Assembly: GCF_004010195.1 (NCBI RefSeq)
Contig: NC_057720.1
Location: 1,137,700 to 1,178,936 of the forward strand
From: Chiloscyllium plagiosum
Taxonomy: Eukaryota
Length of the DNA: 41,237 nt
Direction of reading: 5' to 3'
Below, one piece after another: positions 12,588-24,557 of the stretch. Each line of letters opens with the position of its first letter. Position 1 is the stretch's first letter. The notes under the pieces were generated by a model. It was not told where the DNA came from. It was given only the letters and a program-made list of their open reading frames with translations, and searched no databases. A program made the translations under genes and the position numbers.

Positions 12588-12850
12588 GGGTGGCACGGTG
12601 GCTCAGTGGTTAGCACTGCTGCCTCACAGCACCAGGGTCCCGGCTTTGATTCCAGACTCGGGCAACTGTCTGAGTCTGTGTGGGCTTCCTCCCACATTCT
12701 AAAAAGATGTGCAGGTCAGGGTGAATTGGCCCATAGTGTTAGGTGCATTAGCCAGAGGGGAATGGGTTTGGGGTGGGTTGCTCTTCGGAGGGACAGTGTG
12801 GACTTGTTGGACTGAAGGGCCTGTTTCCATGCTGTAGAGAATCTAATCTA
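12588..12850 (+). mobile_element. HE1-type tRNA-derived SINE
   Basis: ggtggcacggtggctcagtggttagcactgctgcctcacag head with A/B-box-like motifs, CR1-like tail, (ctaat)n end. Confidence 0.88.
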
Positions 12851-12859
12851 ACAACAGGG

Positions 12860-13260
12860 ATGTTTTGCAGTTTGGAAAGTCAAATCAAGGTAGAAGTTTC
12901 ACGGTGAATGGTAGAGCCTTAAGGAGTGCAGTAGAACAGAGGGATCTTGGGGCTCAGGTACATGGTTCTCTGAAAGTGGATTCCCAGATAGACAGGGCAG
13001 TCAGGAAGGCTTTTGGCACACTGGACTTCATCAGTCAGGGCACTGAGTATAGAAGTTGGGAAGTGATGTTGCAGTTGTATACCGCATTGGTGAGGCTGCA
13101 CTCGGATATTGCGTTCAGTTTTGGTCACCTTGCTATAGGAAGGATGTTATTAAACTGGAGAGAGTGCAGAAGAAATTTACAAGGATGTTGCCTGGACTCA
13201 AGAGTCTGGGTTATAGGGAAAGGTTGGACAAGAGAAGACTTTTTTCTTTAGAGTATAGGA
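12860..13260 (+). mobile_element. CR1 LINE ORF2 fragment (3' UTR piece resumes at about 14582-14720)
   Basis: [31 protein letters not shown]. Confidence 0.88.
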
Positions 13261-13264
13261 TTTA

Positions 13265-13761
13265 TATGTAAACAGATGAGACTTCAGGCCAAAGTGGTCA
13301 TGTTTTAGAAGTAACCTATATAAAGGAAAGGGAGTGGTCAGCTCTCTAGCTAGCTGAGCTGAGCAGTTTATCGTTCAGTCTGACCTGGTGAGGAGTCCAA
13401 CAGTGAGCTGTGTGGAAACTCTCTCTCTCTTTTCTGCCCTTCAACTTCAACCTGTAAGCATATATTCCATTTATATTGGTTTTAAAGGGGGTTTGCTTAT
13501 TGGGACTGTTGTGTATATTTGGAACAGCGTAAATAAGTCTAGTTTGGATAGAGTGCGTTCTGTAGAGGATTTTTATTCTGTTCTTTGTGTTTCGTTGTGT
13601 AATTTTGTGAATACATTTTTTGTCTGTTTTAAAATTTTTTAGTCTACCTAGCTAACTTATTCCGGGTAATGCTCACTGTACACTGTACAAAACAAATTGC
13701 AAAGTTATGGTCTGGGACTGCCTGCTTAGGAATGTTCTGAGTGGTCTGGCCTAGTCCTTAA
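13265..13761 (+). mobile_element. Probable partial LTR (terminus ...ccataaca displaced to 14565-14581)
   Basis: TATATAAA near 13317, T-rich U5-like part, cataaca end resembling the 17897-18658 element. Confidence 0.5.
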
Positions 13762-14551
13762 GGGGAAAGTGAGGACTGCAGATGCTGGAGATCAGAGTCG
13801 AGAGTGTGCTGCTGGAAAAGCACAGCAGGTCAGGCAGCATCCGAGGAGCAGGAGAATCAACGTTTCGGGTATAAGCCCTTGATCAGGAATGAGGCTTGTG
13901 GGATGGAGGGGGTGGGGGGAGGTGGTGTGAGAGATAAATGATAGGGGGTGGGGTTGGGGGAAGGTAGCTGGGAATGCAATAGGTGGATGAAGGTGATGGG
14001 TCAGAGGGAGCAATGATGGACAGATCCGAAGGGCAGTGCCGAATTGGAGGCTTGAGACTGAGATAATGTGGGGGAAAGGGAAATGAGGAAGCTGTTGAAA
14101 TCCACATTTATCCTGTATGGTTGCAGGGTCCCAAGGCGGAAGATGAGGCATTCCTCCTCCAGGCGTCAGGTGATAACGGTTTGGTGGTGGAGGAGGCCCA
14201 GGACCAGCATGTCCTTGATGGAGTGGGAGGGGGAGTTGTAGTGTTCAGCCATGGGACAGTGGAGTTGGTGGGTATGGGTGTCCCAGAGATGTTCTCTGAA
14301 ATGATCCACAAGTCCTCTCTCTTCGATGTAGAGGGGACCACACTGGGTGCAATGGATGCAATAGATGATGGGTCAGGCAGGATCTGAGGAGCAGGAAAAA
14401 TCGACGTTTTGGGCAAAAGCTCTTCATCAGGAATGGATCCTTCTTCAGGCTCTTGCCTGAAACGTCGATTTTCCTGCTCCTCGGATGCTGCCTGACCTGC
14501 TTTGCTTCTTCAGCACCACTCTGATCTCCAGCATCTGCAGTACCCACTTCC
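13762..14551 (-). mobile_element. Truncated Penelope-like element: GIY-YIG coding end, 3' terminal repeat and inverted terminal copies
   Basis: Minus strand 14369-14090 reads IYCIHCTQCGPLYIEE...FREH...AEHYNSPSH...RLEEECLIFRLGTLQPYRINVDF; terminal repeats in both orientations carry hammerhead-like cores. Confidence 0.88.
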
Positions 14552-15740
14552 GTGCAGTAGATGATGGCCTAGTCCATAACAATAAATCAGAAAGGATTAG
14601 AAGGATATGGACCAAATGCAGGGAAATGGGGTTAGCGTGGATGGACACATTTGTTGGCATGGACCAGTTTAGGCCAAATGGTCTACCTCTGTGCTGCAGG
14701 ACCCTGTGACTCTATGACTTAATGACTCTCTGTGCAGATTGGGTGGGTTAGCCATAGGACATTGGGGTTAGTGGGATCGGGTAGAGAGTGGGTTTGGATG
14801 GGATGCTCTTTGAAAGGTCAGTGAGGCTGTGATGGGTCAAATGGCCTGCTTCCACATTGTAAGCATTCTATTTTATGAGTCGAATGACATAGGGATATTC
14901 CCACAGGACCACTGTGAAGGGCAAAGAGTGACGCTCCCTTACTCCCACTGTACAGGAGATTGCTGAGAGCACAGTGTCCAGTCTGATCTCCTCACCCAGG
15001 GCAGAATGTTAGAAATACTTGCCTGGACGGGGTGGCCTGTGAGGAGCGATCGAGGAGACTAGGTCTATGTTCCCTTGAGTTTAGAAAAACAAGAAGTGAT
15101 CACATTGAAATGTACGGAGAGCTCCCGAGTTTGAGGAGCTCGATGCTGAGAGCTAGCTGCTCTTCACTGGGAAATCGAGAACACGAGGTCACTGCCTCAG
15201 GAGAAGGGAGTGGTCATTTCAGACAGAGCCCAGGAAAAATTGTATCACTTGGAAAGTTGTGAATCTTCAGCGTTACTCAGAGGGAAGTTAAGAATCAACC
15301 ACATTGCTGTGGGTCTGGAGTCTCATGTAGGCCAGACTAGGTAAGGATGGCAGATTTCCCTCTCTGAAGGACATTAGTGAACCAGATGGGTTTTCATGAT
15401 GGTTGACAGAGGTTACAAGGTCGCTGTTAGATTCCCTTTTCATTCTAGATGTTTTATTGAATTCAAATCCCACCATTTGCCATTTGCCTGGGAGGTGTGG
15501 GCTATCAGTCCAGTGACATTTCCATGACACCCTGGCCACCCATTATTGTAGGTTTTGAAGTATACTCACGACAGGCAGCAAGGAGACAGAGGAGCAGATA
15601 ACTGTGTGGGATCGCACTCTGTAAATTGGTTGCCTCATTACAGCAGTAACTACACTTCAAGAAGTTATCCCAAGGTCGTGATAAATACAAGGGAAATACA
15701 AAGCCGTAATAAATGTCTTTCTTTTTTCCTAACCAAATGA

Positions 15741-16001
<261 letters not shown>

Positions 16002-16284
16002 TAACACTTATTGCCTGTTCCTAACTGCCCTGGGGAAGATGGTGGTGAGTTAGTTTCTTGAACACTGTGGTCCTTGAGGTGTGGGGTCACCCATAATGCT
16101 GCTGGGGAGGGAATTCCAGGACTTTGACCCAGTGACACTGAAGGAACAGTGATCCATTTCCAAGCCTTGGAGGGGAACGTGCAGGGGGATAGTGGTTCCC
16201 TGTATGAATTGCTCTTGACCCTCTAATGATGGAGAACAGGGGCTTGGAAGGTCCTTTTGAAAGAGTTGTGGTGCTGTGGTTGCA

Positions 16285-17086
16285 TGTGTAGCTGGGTGTG
16301 ACAATCACGTGCACAATGTGTAGCCGGATGTGACAATCACGTGCACAATGTGTAGCCGGATGTGACAATCACATACACAATGTGTAACTGGGTGTGACAA
16401 TCACATACACAATGTGTAGCTGGGTGTGACAATCACATACACAATGTGTAACTGGGTGTGACAATCACGTACACAATGTGTAGCCGGGTGTGACAATCAT
16501 GTACACAATGTGTAACTGGGTGTGACAATCACGTACACAATGTGTAGCTGGGTGTGACAATTACGTACACAATGTGTAGCTGGGTGTGACAATCATGTAC
16601 ACAATGTGTAACTGGGTGTGACAATCACCTACACAATGTGTAGCCAGGTGTGACAATCACATACACAATGTGTAACTGGGTGTGACAGTCACGTACACAA
16701 TGTTTAGCTGGGTGTGACAATCACATACACAATGTGCAACTGGGTGTGACAATCACGTACACAATGTGTAGCTGGGTGTGACAATCACATACACAATGTG
16801 TAACTGGGTGTGACAATCACATGCACAATGTTTAGCCGGGTGTGACAGTCACGTACACAATGTGTAGCTGGGTGTGACAATCACGTACACAATGTGTAAC
16901 TGGGCGTGACAATCACATGCACAATGTTTAGCCGGGTGTGACAGTCACGTATACAATGTGTAACTGGGTGTGACAATTACATACACAATGTGTAGCTGGG
17001 TGTGACAATCACATACACAATGTGTAACTGGGTGTGACAATCACATACACAATGTGTAGCCAGGTGTGACAGTCACGTACAGAATG
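16285..17086. repeat. 32-bp minisatellite, about 25 copies (TGTGTAGCTGGGTGTGACAATCACGTACACAA)
   Basis: Period measured directly (16285, 16317, ...); head-to-tail, no spacers. Confidence 0.95.
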
Positions 17087-17419
17087 ATAGAGCGATGTAA
17101 TGATAGAATGATACATCAAAGGATGCCATTCAGGCCATCATATATCCATGCTATTACTTTGTAAAAATGATACAATTGGCTCTCATTTCCTACCCTTTGC
17201 TGCAAATAAGGGGAAATAAGATGGACTGAATGGCCTCTTTTGGTGCTTCTGCATTCTTTTATTGTCTGATCTAGAGTCTCCTTCCACTTTCTTATCGGAC
17301 ACAGCATTGCCACCCAGAGAAACCATGAGGGAAATTTAATCACTTACCATCTTAACAGGCTTTAATATGGTGAGTGGGTTTCACAGTTCATTCAGTAAAA
17401 CTGTTTCCTGTAACCAGTA

Positions 17420-17705
17420 GATACAGATCAAAGTTTGGAAGATGGGATCAAGGAAAATCCCAAAGCTTTTTATAAATATAGTTAGAGTCAGAGAATTTCC
17501 AGGGAAGGAGTGGGACCTATTAGAGACCAAAGGAGCAACCTGTGTGTGGAGCCAATGGATGAAGGTGGGGTCCGGAATGAATATTTCTCATCTGTATTCA
17601 CAGATTGTAGCAGGGGATTTCAGTTAGGATGGTGAGGTTCTAGAACATGTTAAGATTAATGAGGAGGAGGTTTAAGATGTTTTAGCAGACATAAAGATGC
17701 ATAAA
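17420..17705 (+). mobile_element. Older CR1 LINE, upstream piece (continues at 20608-22165)
   Basis: Breaks at ...gcataaa and resumes at taaatccctagggcctgat (DKSPGPD motif); taaa duplicated. Confidence 0.75.
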
Positions 17706-20607
17706 CAGATGCTCTCAGGGAAATGCATGACAGAAATGTGGAGGTTGTTTATGGAGCACTTGCTGATAGTGCTGGACAGGTTTGTCCCACTGAGGCAAGG
17801 GAGGGATATTGGGGTAAAGGAAGCTTGGGTGACAAGGGATGTGGAACATCTAGTCAGGAGGAAGAAGGAAGCTTAGGTTAAGGTGAAGAAGGCAAGTGTT
17901 ATGTCATGGGGTAAACCCCATTTCCCCCCACCACCCCCCGTGTGCTAATTTAAACCAGGAACACAGAAAAGATTCACCCCGTGCTGTAATCTGTTAAACT
18001 CGGAGAGGCAAAGAACTGTCCCAGAGGTCACTATTTAAAGTAAAAATTAACAACTTTATTCTTTAAGTCCAACAGAGAATATTAAAACCAACAAATATTT
18101 ACAACCCCTTTCTCTTAAACCTATCTTTTACCTCCCACTCTACAATATTAGTCTGATTAAAAAATCCTGATTAAGATTTACAAAAATAAAATAATCACGT
18201 TTCAAAACCAGCCAGCTTTGCCCAGTATCCTCTGTAGACGTTCCTCTGTAGATTCTCTCCAGGTTGGCTTCGATGTCCTGCTGCACAAACTCCCCCACAG
18301 ACAGGTACCTTTCAGAAAGCTCTTCAGTTCGCAGCCTACATTTGTTGGTCTTTGGCAGTTCTCCCTCTAACTGTTCAAGATATCCAGTTTTATACCCCAA
18401 AACATCATATCATTTCATTGGTTTTAATATTATCAAAACACTAAATTCAAATTTGATTTGATTTTGGTATCTTGGAGCATACTTTAAAATGATTGGCTGA
18501 ATTTGAATTTGTTTTTGGTTTCATGGCAACCCATCTGCTGCTATTTGTTTTGACCAAGTGTTACATTGTTACCTTGTTCAGGACTGTCTGTGCTTTGTAA
18601 GTCCTCGCTAGCTTTTCACTCTCTTAAAGGTACAGTGCACCTCTATACGTTCATAACGTAAGGATTAGATAGGGCTTTAGAAGGTAACCAAGAAGGAACT
18701 GAAGAATGGACTTGGGAGAGCTAGAAGGGAGTATGATAAAGCTTTACTGGGTAGGATTAAGGAAAACCCCAAGGCATTCTACACTTATGAAAAGCAAGAG
18801 GATGGGCATAGTGAGGCTAGGGCTGATCAGGGATAGTAGAGTGAATGTTTGCCTGGAGTCAGAGGAAGTAGGGGAGGTCCTCAGTGAATACTTTGCTTCA
18901 GTATTCAGTACTGAGAGGGACCTTGATATTTCTGAGGATAGCATGAAACAGACTGATATGCTCGAACAAGTTGATGTTAGGAAGGAGGATGTGCTGAAAT
19001 GTTTGAAAAATGTAAGAATAGATAAATCCCCTGGGCCAGACAGGATATACCCTAAGTTACTACAGAAAATGACGGAAGAGATTGCTGTACCTTTGGCAAT
19101 GATTGTTATGTCCTCACTGTCCACTGGAATTGTGCCAGATGATTGGAGAGTGGCAAATGTTATTCTCTTGTTCAAGAAAAGGAATAGTGAGAATCCTGGG
19201 AATTACAGACCAGTCTGTATTATGTCTGTGGTGGACAAAGTATTAGAGAGGATTCTGAGACACAGAATTTATGATTACTTGGAAAGCCATAGTTTGTTTA
19301 GAAATGGTCAGCATGGCTTTGTGAGGGGCAGGTTATGCCTCACAAACCTTATTGAATTCTTTCAGGATGTGACAAAAGACATTGATGAAGGTAGAGCAGT
19401 GGATGTGGTGTATGGATTTTAGCAAGGCGTTGATAAGGTTCCCCATGGTGGGCTCATTCAGAAAGTAAGGAGGCATGAGAAACAGGGAAATCTGGCTGTC
19501 TGGATGCAGAATTGGCTGGCCCACAGAAGACAGAGAGTGGTGGTAGATGGAGAGTATTCAGCCTAGTGCTTGGTGACCAGTGGTGTTCCATAGGGATTGG
19601 TTCTGGGATCTCTGCTGTTTGTGATTTTTATAAATGACTTGGATGAGGAAGTGGAAGGGGATTTATCTATTCTTACATTTTTCAAACATTTCAGCACATC
19701 CTCCTTCCTAACATCAACTTGTAAGTAAGTTTGCTGATGACATGAAGGTTGGTGTAGTTGTGGATGGTATGGAGAGCTGTTGTAGGTTGCAACAGGACAT
19801 TGATAGGATGCAGAACTGGGTTGATAAGTGGTAGATGGAGTTCAACCTGGAAAGGTGTGAAGTGATTAATTTTGGAAGGTCAAATTTGAATGCGGAATGC
19901 AAGGTTAAAGTCAGGATTCTTGGCAGTGTGGAGGAACAGAGGGATCTTGCAATCCATGTCCATAGATCCCACAAAGTTGCCACCCAAGTTGTTGGGGTTG
20001 TTAAGATGGAGTATGGTGTGTTGGCTTTCATTAGCAGGGAGATTGAGTTTAAGAGCCACAAGGTTATGCTGCAGCTCTATAGAGCCCTGGTTAGACCACA
20101 CTTGTGTTCAGTTCTGGTTGCCTCATTATAGGAAGGATGTGGAAGCTTTAGAGAGGGTGCAGAGGAGGTTCACTGGGATGTTGCCTGGACTGGAGGGTGT
20201 GTCTTATGAAGAGAGGTTGATGGAGCTTGGGCTTTTCTCACTGGAGTGAAGAAGGAAGAGAGGTGACTTGATAGAGGTGTACAAGGTATAGAGGCATAGA
20301 TAGAGTGGATAGCCAGGGACTTTTTTCCCAGGGCAGAAATGTCTACCATGAGGGATCAGAATTTTAAGGTGATTGGAGGAAGATTTCGTGGAGATGTCAG
20401 AGGGAGGTTCTTTATGCAGAGAGAGTGGTGGGTGCATGGAATGTACTGCCAGCGATGGTGGTAGAGTCAGAAACATTGGGCACATTTATGACTCTTGGAT
20501 AGACACATGGAAGGGTATGTAGGTTAGTCTGATCTTAGAGTCGGATAAAAGGTTAGCAGAGGGCTGAAGGGCCTGTACTGTGTTGTACAGTTCTATGTTC
20601 TATGTTC
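17706..20607 (+). mobile_element. Younger 5'-truncated CR1 (HER1-like) LINE with frameshifted RT, interrupted by a solo LTR
   Basis: KSPGPD, NYRPV, QHGF, PQG-like and FADD-like motifs; (ttctatg)n tail at 20591-20607. Confidence 0.93.
17897..18658. mobile_element. Solo LTR (Gypsy-like), 762 bp
   Basis: TGTTATG...CATAAC(G) inverted termini, imperfect 4-bp target duplication caag/taag, cleanly interrupts CR1 coding sequence. Confidence 0.78.
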
Positions 20608-22165
20608 TAAATCCCTAGGGCCTGATAGGATGAATTCCAGGCTGCTATGGGATTCAAGGGGGGAGAGTGCTGGGGCCCTGGCAGAAATATTTAATACTTC
20701 GCTGGCCACAGGTGAAGTGCCAGATGACTGAAGGATAGATAATGTAGTTCCTTTGTTCAAGAAGGGCAGCAGGGATAAGCCGGGTAATTACAGAGCAGAT
20801 AGTCTGATGTCAATTGTAGGGAAATTATTGGAAAGTTTCTGAAAGATAAGATTAGTCGATATTTGGAAAGGCAGGGATTGATCAGTGATAGTCAACATGG
20901 ATTTGTTAGAGGGAGATCCTGTCTGACTAATTTAATTGAGTTTTTGAAAAGGTGACTGAATATACTGAGGAGGGTAATGCAGTTGATGTAGTTTACATGG
21001 AGTTCAGTAAGGCCTTAAACAAGGACCCACATGGAAGGCTGATCCAAAAGGTAAGAGCCCATGGAATCCAAGGCAATTTGGCAAATTGGATCCAAAACTG
21101 GCTTCCAAACAGGAGGTACCGGGAGGTGGTGGAGGGACGTGTTAGTGATTGGATGTCTGTGACCAGAGGTGTAACACGGGGATCAGTGCTTGAACCCTTG
21201 CTATTTATTATGTACATTAATGACTTGGATGTGAATGTAGAACCTTTAATTGTTTAGTTTGCAGATGACACAAAAATAGGTGGATGTTGTTGACAGTGAG
21301 GACGATGGTCTCAGGCTACAGTCTGATATTGATCAGCTGGTAAACTGGGCAGAGCGATGGCAGGTGGAACCTCATCCTGATAAGTGTGAGGTGATGCATT
21401 TGGGAAGGTATAATAAGGCAAGGATATAGACAATAAATGGTAAGTCTCTTGAGAGTACTGAGAAACAAAGGCACATTGGTTTATAAGTCCATAGATCCCT
21501 GAAAATATCAGCACAGGTCGACAGAATGGGGAAGGCAGCATGTAGGATGCTTGTCTTCATTAACCAGGGTGTCAAATATAGGAGCAGGGAAGGCTTGTTC
21601 TAACTTTATAAAACACTGGTTCAGCCACAGATGGAATACCATATACAGCTCTGGTAACTACACTATTGGAAGGATGTGATTGCACTGGACAGTGTGCAGG
21701 GGAGATTCACCAGGATGGTGCCTGGGATGGAAAGTCTCAGTAATGAGGAGAGACTGGATAGGCTGGGTTTGTTTTCCCTGGAGCAGAGGATGTTGAGAGG
21801 GGACCTGATTGACAGATACACAATTATGGGAGGGATAGACAGAATAGCTTGTGAGAATCTCTTCCCCATGGCAGACATCTCTAAGACTAAAGGTATAAGT
21901 TTAAAGTGAGGAGGAAGTGGTTTAGATGAATCTGAATAAAATGGCCTTCACCCAGAGGGTCGTAGAAATATGTAGGGTGCTGCCTGGGAGGCTGGTGGAG
22001 TCAGGGACTCTCACAGTATTTAAAAAGCATCTGGATGAGCACTTGAAATGCTGGAGCAGACTAGGCTATGGACCAAGTGCAGGTAATTGGGATTTGTGTG
22101 GTCGGATTCTTTGGACATGGAGATGGCGGGCTGAAGGGCCTGTCCCAATGTGCTTTGACTATATC
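20608..22165 (+). mobile_element. Older CR1 LINE, RT through 3' UTR
   Basis: VDVVYMEFSKA, GSVLEPLLFIMYINDLD, FADD, RFTRMVPGM; several stops and frameshifts. Confidence 0.92.
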
Positions 22166-22261
22166 ACTCCTTTGCTCTAAAACCTTGATCATTGGGGAAG
22201 AACCCACGAGGAAGATGAGAGTTTATTTTGTGCAAAGTTGTGACTTCAGAACCTTCTCCAA

Positions 22262-22395
22262 CACTGAAGAAGAGTCACTGGACCTGAAACTTTAACTCTG
22301 ATTTCTCTCTCCACAGACACTGCCAGATCTGCTGAGTTTCTCCAGCAAGTTGTGTTTGTTGTTTCTGATTTCCAGCAACCACAGTTTCTTTGTTT
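22262..22395 (+). mobile_element. Second, older Penelope-type terminal repeat with hammerhead-like core
   Basis: CTGAAGA-A-GAGTC-ACTG-GACCT-GAAAC at 22264-22290, then ctgctgagtttctccagca; a more decayed relative lies at 3872-3939. Confidence 0.6.
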
Positions 22396-22639
22396 GACAA
22401 TGATTTATTTCTTTCTGAGGCTGGTGGAGTTAGCTGAAGGGAATACATGTTGTCCTCCTGTTCTTTCGTGTTAGAATTACGTTAGGGACAGTTCATGTTT
22501 AAATGAGAAATCCAATCAACTGACATAACTATACATATATGCATTTTTAAACAAAAAAAAACTTTATTGTATGTCAAAAAGAATTAAACAAAGTGAGCAT
22601 AATTCACTAACACTGTATTTCATCAGACTTAAGCTTTTA

Positions 22640-22955
22640 TAGGACATAGAACAGCACAGGAACAGGCCCTTCGGCCCACGATGTTGTGCTGAATGTGATC
22701 CAAATTAAACTAATCCCTTCCACCTGCCCTTGGTCCATATCTCTCCATTCCTTGCATATTCTCAAAGTCCCATAATTGTCCCTCTCATATGTGCCTCTCC
22801 CACCACCCCTGGCAGCGTGTTCCACACACCGAGCACTCACTGTGTAAATAACTTGCCTCTCACATCTCCTTTGAACTTGCCCCTTCTCACCTTAAATACG
22901 GGTGCCCCCTAATTTTAGGCATTTCAACCCTGGGAAGAAGACGCTGACCGTGCAT
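22640..22955 (-). mobile_element. CR1 LINE 3' end
   Basis: catagaacagcacaggaacaggcccttcggccc tail and ORF2 C-terminus on the minus strand. Confidence 0.85.
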
Positions 22956-23085
22956 CTCAGTAATATTCTTTGCTTCCCCGCCAAGAGTTCTTCTCTCTAA
23001 TGAAATCCTGAAGGCTCCTCCACTTTGGATGAGGTAAAGTCCGAAGATACATACCCGATCTCTGGAATTCTAATTTCTCTCCAAG

Positions 23086-24241
23086 GTTCTTTGAGGAGGT
23101 GACCAAGCATATGGATGAGGGTAGAGCAGTGGATGTAGTATACATGGATTTTAGTAAGGCATTTGATAAGGTTCCCCATGGTAGGCTTATGCGGAAAGTC
23201 AGGAGCCATGGGATAGAGGGAAATTTGGCCAATTGGATAGAAAACTGGCTAACCGGTCGAAGTCAGAGAGTGGTGGTAGATGGCAAATATTCAGCCTGGA
23301 GCCCAGTTACAATTGGAGTTCCGCAGGGATCAGTTCTGGGTCCTCTGCTGTTCGTAACTTTTATTAATGACTTGGANNNNNNNNNNNNNNNNNNNNNNNN
23401 NNNNNNNNNNNNNNNNNNNNNNNNNNNNNNNNNNNNNNNNNNNNNNNNNNNNNNNNNNNNNNNNNNNNNNNNNNNNNNNNNNNNNNNNNNNNNNNNNNNN
23501 NNNNNNNNNNNNNNNNNNNNNNNNNNNNNNNNNNNNNNNNNNNNNNNNNNNNNNNNNNNNNNNNNNNNNNNNNNNNNNNNNNNNNNNNNNNNNNNNNNNN
23601 NNNNNNNNNNNNNNNNNNNNNNNNNNNNNNNNNNNNNNNNNNNNNNNNNNNNNNNNNNNNNNNNNNNNNNNNNNNNNNNNNNNNNNNNNNNNNNNNNNNN
23701 NNNNNNNNNNNNNNNNNNNNNNNNNNNNNNNNNNNNNNNNNNNNNNNNNNNNNNNNNNNNNNNNNNNNNNNNNNNNNNNNNNNNNNNNNNNNNNNNNNNN
23801 NNNNNNNNNNNNNNNNNNNNNNNNNNNNNNNNNNNNNNNNNNNNNNNNNNNNNNNNNNNNNNNNNNNNNNNNNNNNNNNNNNNNNNNNNNNNNNNNNNNN
23901 NNNNNNNNNNNNNNNNNNNNNNNNNNNNNNNNNNNNNNNNNNNNNNNNNNNNNNNNNNNNNNNNNNNNNNNNNNNNNNNNNNNNNNNNNNNNNNNNNNNN
24001 NNNNNNNNNNNNNNNNNNNNNNNNNNNNNNNNNNNNNNNNNNNNNNNNNNNNNAGGAAGTGGTAGAAACTGGTACAATTGCAACATTTAAAAGGCATTTG
24101 GATGGGTATATGAATAGGAAGGGTTTGGAGGGATATGGGCCGGGTGCTGGCAGGTGGGACTAGATTGGGTTGGGATATCTGGTCGGCATGGATGGGTTGG
24201 ACCGAAGGGTCTGTTTCTGTGCTGTACATCTCTATGACTCT
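23086..24241 (+). mobile_element. Young CR1 LINE sequence on both sides of an assembly gap
   Basis: Intact [14 protein letters not shown]...[13 protein letters not shown] before the gap, 3' end after it; may be two different copies. Confidence 0.9.
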
Positions 24242-24344
24242 ATTCTCCTCCTCTCTCCACAAGAATCTCAGTGAGTCTCTCTCTCACTGCAACCCCTCAG
24301 ATTATCTCCTCTGCCCTGAAGCTCTTCAGCCACATCCTGAAGCA

Positions 24345-24556
24345 GACTCACTGCCTATCGCACTCTCAGCTACCTTTCCCCAGCCCCATTCCCTCCCATT
24401 TATCTCCCAGCCTCCCTGGCTCACAAGCCTCATTCCTGATGAAGGGCGTGTGCCTGAAACGTTGATTCTCCTGCTCCTCGGATGCTGCCTGACCTGCTGT
24501 GCGTTTCCAGCACCACACACTCGACTCTGATCTCCAGCAGCTGCAGGCCTCAGTTT
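24345..24556 (+). mobile_element. Penelope 3' terminal fragment with hammerhead-like core
   Basis: Reverse-complement similarity to 13762-13990; CTGATGA at 24436-24442. Confidence 0.8.
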
Positions 24557-24557
24557 G

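Noticed and set aside
16285..17086. CRISPR-like array (32-bp partly palindromic repeats)
   Set aside because: Units are contiguous with no unique spacers, there are no cas genes, and the context is a vertebrate intron.
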